Shown: positions 56,347 through 64,000 of the stretch, piece by piece | How positions within the stretch are numbered: the first letter of the stretch is position 1 | Layout of the letters: each line of letters begins with the position of its first letter | Program-made: the position numbers and the translations under genes | From: Deinococcales bacterium | GTDB lineage: Bacteria > Deinococcota > Deinococci > Deinococcales > JAAFIG01 | NCBI GenBank assembly: GCA_043778225.1 | Contig: JAYWGM010000028.1 | Span: 44,560 to 108,559, forward strand | DNA: 64,000 bases | Reading direction: 5' to 3' | Notes under the pieces: generated by a model | The model's database searches: none | What the model was told of the DNA's origin: nothing | What the model saw: the letters and a program-made list of their open reading frames with translations, nothing else

Positions 56347-57350
56347 TTCGTGTCGCCATTGTTGGTGCTGGACGCATGGGCTGGATTTTTGCTAATGCGA
56401 TTAACGAATTACGCGCCGAGGCTCGAGTCAGTTATGTGGTCAGCCGCAGTTTAGAAAGCGCTCAAAAAATGGGTCAGTATTTTGATTGCCCTTATAGCAC
56501 CGAACTCGATCAGGCACTGCCCAAAATAGACGCGGTCGTGATTGCCGCCGCCACACCAGCCCATACCGAACTTGCACTGACGTGTGCAAATGCCAAAAAA
56601 CCGTTCTTTGTCGAGAAACCAATTGCCGATACGCTCGAGAATGGGCGCAAAATTGTTGAAGCAACCAAAAAAAATGGCGTGCAAAATATGGTTGGCTTCC
56701 ACCGCCGCTTTGACCCAGCTTATGCAGCCGCTAAACAATATATTGAGGCTGGCAATCTAGGCTCGCTTGAGGTTTTTCGGTCAATCTCGAGAGATGCCAA
56801 CATGGACTCCTCGAGCCTCGAGTTTCATTTATCAAGTGGTGGCTTAATCGTGGATTTAGGGGTTCACGACATGGATTTAGCCCGTTGGTACATGGGCGAA
56901 GTTCTTGAGGTGCAAGCCCTTGGTGGGGCATTGACCGACCCAAGTTTGGCGCAGCACGGTTTACACGATACAGCCGTCGCCATTATACGTTTTGAAAGTG
57001 GTGCATTTGGGACAGTCGAGATGGCACGCAGCACGGCGTATGGTCACGAAGTTCGCAGCGAAATTTTGGGCGCTTTGGGCAAAGTCAGCATCGAGCGCGA
57101 CCAGCGTGGCGACCTCAAAATCTATAATTCGAGCGGCGGACAATTTGACCGACCACGCGGCTTTGAGGAGCGCTTTGCCGATGCTTACAAAGCCGAAATG
57201 AAAGCCTTTGTGACTGGCATACAAAGTCAAAAACCACTGATGCCTGATGCTCGAGATGCTTGGTATTCTTTGCGTTTAGCCTTGGCAGCCCAAGAAGCCT
57301 TACAAACAGGAAAAACTGTGCAAGTTGGTCAATTTGGAGGCATTTTATGA
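56343..57350 (+). CDS. Second Gfo/Idh/MocA inositol-type dehydrogenase
   Basis: GAGRMG, VEKP, GFHRRFD, DLGVHDMD. Confidence 0.85.
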   Translation: MIRVAIVGAGRMGWIFANAINELRAEARVSYVVSRSLESAQKMGQYFDCPYSTELDQALPKIDAVVIAAATPAHTELALTCANAKKPFFVEKPIADTLENGRKIVEATKKNGVQNMVGFHRRFDPAYAAAKQYIEAGNLGSLEVFRSISRDANMDSSSLEFHLSSGGLIVDLGVHDMDLARWYMGEVLEVQALGGALTDPSLAQHGLHDTAVAIIRFESGAFGTVEMARSTAYGHEVRSEILGALGKVSIERDQRGDLKIYNSSGGQFDRPRGFEERFADAYKAEMKAFVTGIQSQKPLMPDARDAWYSLRLALAAQEALQTGKTVQVGQFGGIL

Positions 57351-59242
57351 GTACCATTCGTTTGACCGTTTCCCAAGCCATCATTCGTTTTTTAGCGGCA
57401 CAGTATTCAGAGCGCGACGGGCAGCAAACACGGCTGATTCCGGGGGTCTGGGGAATTTTTGGGCATGGCAATGTGGCTGGGCTGGGGCAAGCCCTCGAGC
57501 AATTGGGCGACGAACTCGAGATGCCAACTTACCGCCCACAAAATGAACAAGCGATGGTGCATTTAGCCGCCGCTTTTGCCAAGCACAGCAACCGCGCCAG
57601 TACCTTTGCCTGTACTGCTTCGATTGGACCCGGCTCGACCAATATGCTCACCCCTGCGGCTGGCGCAACGATCAACCGCTTACCAGTGCTGCTTTTAGCC
57701 TCGGATTACTTTGCCAGCACCTTACCCAACCCAGTTTTACAGCAACTCGAGCATGGCACAGAATTTGACAGCAGCGTCAACGATACCTTTCGTTTGGTCA
57801 GTAAGTTTTATACCCGCATCACTCGAGCCGAGCAGCTTTTATCGGCGTTGCCAGAAGCCATGCGGGTTTTGACCGATGTCTGCGAGACTGGCGCAGTCAC
57901 GCTGTCTTTGCCCGAAGATGTCCAGACCCATGCTTATGATTTTCCACTCGAGTTTTTTGAAAAGCGCCTCTGGCGGATTCGCCGCCCTGTGCCAGAACCT
58001 GAAACACTCGAGGCAGTCATCAAGCTCATTAAAAAAGCCAAACGCCCACTGATTATCGCCGGTGGCGGCGTGATGTATTCGGTTGCCAACGCCGAACTGG
58101 CAGATTTTGCCAGCCACTTTGGAATTCCGGTCTGTGAATCGCAAGCTGGCAAGGGGGCTATCCCGTGGAATCACGCCATGAACGTTGGTGCTATTGGTTC
58201 TTCGGGCGGTCTGGCAGCCAACCTTTTGGCTCGAGATGCCGATTTAATTATTGCGATTGGCACACGCCTAGCCGATTTTGTGACTGCTTCTAAGACTGCT
58301 TTTCAGCATCCAGAGCTGCAAATTATTGGCTTAAATGTGGTGGCAATGGATGCCGCCAAACTTGGTGGATTGAGTTTGATTGCCGATGCCAAACGTGGAC
58401 TCGAGGCAATGCAAGTGGCGCTTGGGGCTTTCAAAGGCACATCTGCCAGTTACCAAAAAGAAATTTCTAAACTTAAACTCGAGTGGGAAACAATAGTAAC
58501 AACCTACCGCACCCCAGACTCGAGCCAAGCCGTTCTGTCGCAAACTGCTGTCATTGGCATGGTCAACGAATTTGTTGGTGGCAACGCAACCGTGATTTGT
58601 GCGGCAGGCAGCCTGCCGGGCGATTTACTCAAACTCTGGCGACCAACCGACCCCAAGGCATACCATGTTGAGTATGGTTTTTCGTGTATGGGCTACGAAA
58701 TTCCAGCCGCATTAGGCATTAAACTTGCCGACCCAAAGCGCGAGGTCGTGGTTTTTATTGGCGATGGGACTTACTTAATGATGAACTCCGAGATTGTCAC
58801 GGCAGTGGCAGAAGGCTTAGATTTTACCGTCATTCTGGTGGATAACCAAGGTTATGGTTCGATTCGGCGCTTGCAGATGGAGACTGGCTCGCCGTCCTTT
58901 AACAACGAATTGCGCTACCGCAACCCAAAGACCAAGCGCACCGATGGTAAACCAGTATTGGTAGATTTTGTGCAGCACAGCGCCGCCATGGGCGCAACTT
59001 CATGGTATGCCCCAAGTTATGCCGAACTCGAGGACAGCTTACAAAAAGCCAAAGCCACCAAAGGGGTCAAAGTGATTGTTGTGCCGGTCTCGCTCGAGGA
59101 AAGCGCCCGAGGCTTTGAGAGTTGGTGGGATGCCCCAATTGCGGCGGTCTCGAGTCAAAAGAAAGTCCAAACTGCCCGCAAAAATTACGAAAGTAAACTC
59201 GAGCAACAACGCCTTTTTGTTAAGCCACAAAGGAAAGTATGA
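57347..59242 (+). CDS. iolD: 3D-(3,5/4)-trihydroxycyclohexane-1,2-dione acylhydrolase
   Basis: TIRLTVSQA, IFGHGNVAG, NEQAM, HVEYGFSCMGYE, GDGTYLM; GGAGG RBS. Confidence 0.95.
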   Translation: MSTIRLTVSQAIIRFLAAQYSERDGQQTRLIPGVWGIFGHGNVAGLGQALEQLGDELEMPTYRPQNEQAMVHLAAAFAKHSNRASTFACTASIGPGSTNMLTPAAGATINRLPVLLLASDYFASTLPNPVLQQLEHGTEFDSSVNDTFRLVSKFYTRITRAEQLLSALPEAMRVLTDVCETGAVTLSLPEDVQTHAYDFPLEFFEKRLWRIRRPVPEPETLEAVIKLIKKAKRPLIIAGGGVMYSVANAELADFASHFGIPVCESQAGKGAIPWNHAMNVGAIGSSGGLAANLLARDADLIIAIGTRLADFVTASKTAFQHPELQIIGLNVVAMDAAKLGGLSLIADAKRGLEAMQVALGAFKGTSASYQKEISKLKLEWETIVTTYRTPDSSQAVLSQTAVIGMVNEFVGGNATVICAAGSLPGDLLKLWRPTDPKAYHVEYGFSCMGYEIPAALGIKLADPKREVVVFIGDGTYLMMNSEIVTAVAEGLDFTVILVDNQGYGSIRRLQMETGSPSFNNELRYRNPKTKRTDGKPVLVDFVQHSAAMGATSWYAPSYAELEDSLQKAKATKGVKVIVVPVSLEESARGFESWWDAPIAAVSSQKKVQTARKNYESKLEQQRLFVKPQRKV

Positions 59243-60171
59243 AAAAAATTCAACTCGCCAACGCCCCGTGTTCGTGGGGAACAATCGAAGGCTGGGGGCA
59301 AAGTATTAGTTATGCCCAAATGCTCGATGAACTTCTTGCAACTGGCTACACTGGTACAGAACTTGGCGATTATGGTTTTATGCCGACTGACCCCCAAAAA
59401 CTGGGCTTAGCATTAAGCTCGAGAAACCTGACGATGCTTGGGGCATACGAAGGGGTCTATTTCAAAGACTCGAGTTGCCACGCGGCTGGCACAGCAAAAA
59501 TTCTTCGCAATGCACGGTTATTAAAAGCGGTGGCACACCTCGGCGACCCCAATACCCAACCTTTTGTGGTGATTGCCGACGAACACAGCCGCGATGCCCC
59601 ACGGTTTGAAAACGCTGGACGAATTGATAAAAGTTTAAGCCTCTCCAAAGCTGATTGGGCGACTTTTGCGACTGGCGTAAACAACGCCGCCAAAGTGGTT
59701 TATGATGAAACTGGTTTACGCAGCGTTTTTCACCATCACTGTGGTGGTTATATCGAAGCTCCGTGGGAAATCGAGGAATTGCTGGCTCGCACCGACTCGA
59801 GCTATTTGGGCTTGGTTTTTGACACTGGGCATTTTTTGTACGGCTCTGGCACAAACGATGGCAATCTGGTTTTGGAAGCGCTCGAGACCTTCAAAAGTCG
59901 GCTCTGGTATGTGCATTATAAAGATTGTAGCCCAAGTGTGGCGACACAGGCTCGAGAACAGCACTGGAATTATAAGCAAGCGATTGGACAAGGTATTTTT
60001 TGCGAACTGGGGCTAGGCAGTGTGGATTTTGCGTCCGTCACCAAAAAACTCGAGGTATTGGGCTATGAAGGTTGGATTTGTGTCGAGCAAGACGTACTGC
60101 CCGGCATGGGCGAACCTAAAGCCAGCGCTCAGCGCAACCGCCAGCATTTAGCAAAGGTGGCGGGATTATGA
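59239..60171 (+). CDS. iolE: Myo-inosose-2 dehydratase-like TIM barrel protein
   Basis: ANAPCSWG, GTELG, FHHH, DTGH, HYKD, VEQD. Confidence 0.85.
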   Translation: MKKIQLANAPCSWGTIEGWGQSISYAQMLDELLATGYTGTELGDYGFMPTDPQKLGLALSSRNLTMLGAYEGVYFKDSSCHAAGTAKILRNARLLKAVAHLGDPNTQPFVVIADEHSRDAPRFENAGRIDKSLSLSKADWATFATGVNNAAKVVYDETGLRSVFHHHCGGYIEAPWEIEELLARTDSSYLGLVFDTGHFLYGSGTNDGNLVLEALETFKSRLWYVHYKDCSPSVATQAREQHWNYKQAIGQGIFCELGLGSVDFASVTKKLEVLGYEGWICVEQDVLPGMGEPKASAQRNRQHLAKVAGL

Positions 60172-60260
60172 AGCTCGAGAATTACAAAAAATCTCTAGGG
60201 GTAGACACAGGGGTCATGTACTTCAACTCAATCAAGAAATTCAGATACAAGGCAACAAAT

Positions 60261-60376
60261 CCTCCCTTGCGACGTAGGGAGTGCTGGCTAAGCGGTGGGG
60301 GTCGCGTACCTCGTGACCTTGGTGCGCGACCCCTCCGACGCGCTTCACTCGCCACCTCCCCTGCTTCGCTGGGAGG
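60261..60376. repeat. Large REP-like hairpin inside the iol operon
   Basis: CCTCCC...GGGGTCGCG / CGCGACCCC...GGGAGG nested inverted repeats. Confidence 0.65.
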
Positions 60377-60423
60377 ACAAACAACAAGTACCACGTCAAA
60401 AACATTTGACTCGAGGTATTGCC

Positions 60424-61425
60424 ATGTTTGATTTAATCACCATGGGTCGGTCTTCGATTGATTTGTACTCCAATGATGTTGGCGCAAGTTTTAGCCAAAT
60501 CAGTTCCTTTGGTGCGTCCATTGGCGGCAGTCCGTTGAACATTGCGGTTGGCTCGAGTCGCTTGGGCTTAAAGGTGGCACTTCTAACCGCCGTGGGCGCA
60601 GATAAGGTCGGGGAATTTATCCTCGAGCGGCTAAAAAAACAAAAGGTCGAGACCAAATTTATACCTGTTATCGCTGGCACAAAAAGCAGCGCCGTGGTGG
60701 TCGGTATCGAGCCGCCAGACCGCTTTCCAACAATGTTTTACCGCGAGAATGCCGCCGATATTCAGATTGGCATAGATGATGTGCTGGCGCTGCCACTTGC
60801 CCAGACTCGAGCGGTGCAATTATCTGGAGCAGCCTTAGCCAAAGAACCAAGTCGCAGTGCGGTTTTTTTCTTAGCAGAAGAAGCCAAAGCGCTCGGATTA
60901 ACAGTTTTTTTGGATTTAGACTTTCGGGCTGACCAATGGCACGACCCTCGAGCTTATGGAGTACAAATTCGAGCGCTGCTGCCGATGGTGGACGTGGCTT
61001 TTGGCACAGAGGAAGAAATTAACGCCGCAATGCTACGTCAAAAAGAAGATTTAATCATCCATAATTCACAAATCACCGCTCCAGAAATTAAGGGCGACCT
61101 TGAAGCCAATATCAAGGCTTTAATGTCCAAGGGTCTCGAGGCATTGGTGGTCAAGCGCGGCGCAAACGGAGCGGATGTCTATTTGGCAAACGCCGAGGTT
61201 ATCGAGGCTCGAGGTTTTCAAGTCGAGGTGGTCAGCGTGCTTGGGGCTGGCGATGCTTTTGCGGCTGGCTTTATTTATGGGCATTTACAAGGCTGGGATT
61301 GGTACAAAAGCACCCGGCTTGCCAACGCTTGCGGCGCAATTGTGGTGACACGAATTGGCTGTAGCGAATTTAGTGCGTATCTGCCCGAAGCCTTAGATTT
61401 TATCGAGTCTCGAGGTGGTTTTTAG
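60424..61425 (+). CDS. iolC: 5-dehydro-2-deoxygluconokinase
   Basis: GRSSIDLY, GGSPLNIAVG, FYRENAAD, VLGAGDAF; GAGG RBS before 60424. Confidence 0.92.
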   Translation: MFDLITMGRSSIDLYSNDVGASFSQISSFGASIGGSPLNIAVGSSRLGLKVALLTAVGADKVGEFILERLKKQKVETKFIPVIAGTKSSAVVVGIEPPDRFPTMFYRENAADIQIGIDDVLALPLAQTRAVQLSGAALAKEPSRSAVFFLAEEAKALGLTVFLDLDFRADQWHDPRAYGVQIRALLPMVDVAFGTEEEINAAMLRQKEDLIIHNSQITAPEIKGDLEANIKALMSKGLEALVVKRGANGADVYLANAEVIEARGFQVEVVSVLGAGDAFAAGFIYGHLQGWDWYKSTRLANACGAIVVTRIGCSEFSAYLPEALDFIESRGGF

Positions 61426-62240
61426 TGCCGTACATCGAGGATGGGCGAAAACTGATTCGCCACGCTTACCAGCATGGTTATGCCTTGCCGTCTTTTAACA
61501 TCTGTAGCCTCGAGATGGCGCAAGGCTGCATAGATGCCGCCCAAGAATTACAAGCCCCGATTATTCTACAAACTTATCAAGCCGATTTGACCTTTGGCTC
61601 GCCTCGAGTCATGGTAAATATGGTCAAAGCCTTGGCTGAGGCAGTCAGTGTACCCATCATGCTGCACCTTGACCACGGCTTAGGGCAGCGTGTGGCAATC
61701 GAGTGTTTAGAGGCTGGCTACTCGAGTGTCATGCTCGATGGTGGGGCGCTGGATTTCGAGCAGTTGGTGCAGTCCACCCAAGAAATGGCAGCCATAACCC
61801 GCAACCACAGCGCCAGTCTCGAGGTCTCGAGCGAACGTTTTAACCAAGGCGAATCTGAGCCAACTGACCCACTCGAGGCACGGCGTTTACTCGAGGCTGG
61901 GGCAGACATGATTGCTTGTTCGGTCGGTTCGGAGCATGGGCAGACTTCGCGCTTAGATTTGGTGCGGCTCGAGTTGATTGCCCAGACGGTTCAAGCCCCT
62001 TTGGTGCTGCACGGCGGCAGTGGGATTCAAGAAACCGATTTACGGGCAGCAACAAGCCTAGGCGTGGTTAAAGTCAATGTTGGTTCGGCTTTGTATCGGG
62101 CTTTACTTGGTGTTTGGAATAAAAACTCGAGCCTCAGCCATCGGGCGGTCTATTCCGAAGCTCGAGCCGCCATTTGTGAGGTTGCCAAGCATTTTATTCA
62201 GCTATTAGGAGCGGACAAAGCACCCGCTTGGAGGGAATAA
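61425..62240 (+). CDS. Class II aldolase (IolJ-like)
   Basis: HLDHG, SSVMLDG, GSEHG, LVLHGGSG, KVNVGS. Confidence 0.8.
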   Translation: MPYIEDGRKLIRHAYQHGYALPSFNICSLEMAQGCIDAAQELQAPIILQTYQADLTFGSPRVMVNMVKALAEAVSVPIMLHLDHGLGQRVAIECLEAGYSSVMLDGGALDFEQLVQSTQEMAAITRNHSASLEVSSERFNQGESEPTDPLEARRLLEAGADMIACSVGSEHGQTSRLDLVRLELIAQTVQAPLVLHGGSGIQETDLRAATSLGVVKVNVGSALYRALLGVWNKNSSLSHRAVYSEARAAICEVAKHFIQLLGADKAPAWRE

Positions 62241-63070
62241 TGAATTCACCAAATCAATTTAAGCCAAAAGATGGGGTTGTCGAGGTCTCTCCTGCTTCAT
62301 TTGGCTGGCAGTATTTATCGTTTAAGACCGTTGTTCTAAAAGCTGGCGAACAATTGAGCAATCAGCAGACCGAAAACCAAGAAGTGGCACTTGTACCGAT
62401 TTCGGGTTGGCTCGAGGTCGAGGTTGATGGGCAAAAAATTACTTTGAAGCGCACCAGTGTCTTTGAAGAACTGCCCCATGTGCTGTATATGCCGCCTAAA
62501 ACCGCCTACAGCGTGGTGGCTCAGACCAATTGCCACTTTGCACTTGGCAGCGCTCCCGCAAGCGGCTTATATCCATTTCGGGTTTTTACGCCGCCCGAAA
62601 TGAAAATCGAGCTTCGCGGTGGCGCAAATGCGGTGCGCCAAGTCAATCATATCCTTGGACCAGATTTACCCGCCGAGCGCTTGGTGCTGTTTGAAGTTTA
62701 CACGCCATCGGGCAATTGGTCAGGAATTCCACCGCATCGTCATGATGGTCTGCGCGGTTCAAAGTATGTCGAAGAGACCTATTTTTATCAGATTGAGCCT
62801 AAAGATGTTGGCTGGGCAGTGCATCGCAATTACAGCCCCGAACACGATTTAGATGAATTACTGCTGGTTAAAAATGGGGATTTGGTTTTAACTCCCGTGG
62901 GTTTTCACCCCGTTTCTGCACCACCCGGCTCAAATGTTTATTTCTTAAACTTTTTGGCTGGCGATACCACCCCAGAAGAGCGAGCTTTTGCGCCCGTAGA
63001 CGATACCGATTGGGCTTGGTTACGTCAAGATTGGGCGGGCAAACCTTTGAAAATTCCATTTGGCAAATAA
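62240..63070 (+). CDS. iolB: 5-deoxy-glucuronate isomerase
   Basis: EVYTPSGNWSGIPPHRHD, EETYFY, GFHPV, YFLNFLAG. Confidence 0.92.
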   Translation: MNSPNQFKPKDGVVEVSPASFGWQYLSFKTVVLKAGEQLSNQQTENQEVALVPISGWLEVEVDGQKITLKRTSVFEELPHVLYMPPKTAYSVVAQTNCHFALGSAPASGLYPFRVFTPPEMKIELRGGANAVRQVNHILGPDLPAERLVLFEVYTPSGNWSGIPPHRHDGLRGSKYVEETYFYQIEPKDVGWAVHRNYSPEHDLDELLLVKNGDLVLTPVGFHPVSAPPGSNVYFLNFLAGDTTPEERAFAPVDDTDWAWLRQDWAGKPLKIPFGK

Positions 63071-63095
63071 TGATCAAAGCCGATTGGAACATCGT

Positions 63096-63863
63096 ATGAA
63101 ATCAGAAACACGGCGCAGCCAGATTATTCAACTGCTCGAGCAACAAGGTTCGGTACTGGTCGAGGACTTGTCGCCGCTTTTATCGGTCAGTCAAGTCACG
63201 ATTCGCAAAGATTTAACCCAACTCGAGGAACGTGGGCTTTTGCATCGCACCCACGGCGGGGCAACCTATGCCCACAAAAGTTTATTCAATCCTTCTTTTG
63301 GTGAAAAAATAAATTTACAGCAAGCGCAAAAAGAAGCGATTGCTAAAGCCGCGCTCGAGTACATCGAAGATGGCGATTCGATTATCCTTGGGGCAGGCAG
63401 TACGATTTTGACCTTAGCACGGCTGATTAAAAAGCGCTTTCGCTCGCTCTACATCATCACCAATTCGATTCCAGTGGCGATTGAACTGACCGACAGTGGC
63501 TGGGATATTTTATTGACCGGCGGACAAGTTCGCCAACACAGCATGGCACTGATTGGACCTGCGGCGGTCAGAACGCTCGAAGTTTACCAAGCCGACAAAG
63601 CCTTTTTTGGCGCAACCGGGGTCAGCCTGTCCAAAGGCTACACCACCCCAAATCCCGATATGTCCAACATCACCAAAGCCATAATTGAAGCCGCCAACAT
63701 GAGTTATGCACTGGTGGACAGCAGTAAACTAGAACGCGCCACCTTGGTCAGTTTTGCCAAGCTAGAAGAAGCATCGGTACTGATTACCGATGCCGATGCA
63801 CCTCGAGAATTTGTAGCTGCAATGCGTGCCAAAAACCTCGAAGTTCAACTGCTCGAGACGTGA
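63096..63863 (+). CDS. DeoR/GlpR family transcriptional regulator
   Basis: VSQVTIRKDL, RTHGGA, GAGST, ITNS, DSSK. Confidence 0.92.
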   Translation: MKSETRRSQIIQLLEQQGSVLVEDLSPLLSVSQVTIRKDLTQLEERGLLHRTHGGATYAHKSLFNPSFGEKINLQQAQKEAIAKAALEYIEDGDSIILGAGSTILTLARLIKKRFRSLYIITNSIPVAIELTDSGWDILLTGGQVRQHSMALIGPAAVRTLEVYQADKAFFGATGVSLSKGYTTPNPDMSNITKAIIEAANMSYALVDSSKLERATLVSFAKLEEASVLITDADAPREFVAAMRAKNLEVQLLET

Positions 63864-63902
63864 ACCCTCACCCAATTCGGTTTGGGTTGTTATTCCAATT
63901 TA

Positions 63903-64000
63903 ATACCAAATTGAGGAAGTTCGTAGAACTTCCCGACTAAAAGGAGTATCAACAAATATCGTCTTTGACAGGTACGAAGCAATCCGCGTTTTTTGCGGAT
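63903..64000. mobile_element. Second copy of the MITE-like repeat, cut by the window edge
   Basis: ATACCAAATTG, hairpin GGAAGTTC GTA GAACTTCC, CGACTAAAAGGAGTA, then ATCCGC GTTTTTT GCGGAT; same layout as 34879-35015. Confidence 0.65.

Noticed and set aside
60168..60431. 87-aa ORF between iolE and iolC, and the extended iolC start at 60295
   Set aside because: Both run through a REP-like hairpin; iolC homology starts at 60424.

Overview
This is a 64-kb chromosomal window of about 50% GC, most likely from a Deinococcota bacterium. The evidence for that is the NurA/HerA pair, CsaB, a PLP-enzyme/HRDC fusion, many leaderless genes and a very strong excess of CTCGAG. Most of the window is ordinary: RecQ, NurA-HerA, pyrF, clpS, cfa, lpdA, ade, pcp, mtnN, two type II toxin-antitoxin pairs, several secreted or lipoprotein enzymes, transporters, an apparently intact IS200/IS605 element (tnpA+tnpB) and a myo-inositol (iol) catabolic operon. 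The most unusual part is the first 1.7 kb, which the ORF track does not explain. On the minus strand it holds three tandem tRNA-like genes with enlarged anticodon arms, then a ~190-nt candidate structured RNA closed by a 17-bp stem, then a repeat-rich slipin/SPFH-type gene that runs off the window edge. Slipins of this kind usually accompany RtcB/Ro RNA-repair operons. One of the tRNA-like genes is a clean UAU anticodon arm interrupted by a 37-nt element. That element occurs six times in the window, always inside another hairpin or repeat (tRNA, REPs, an octamer array, itself), so it looks like a very small mobile element. All calls come from reading the sequence by eye; no searches or folding programs were run.
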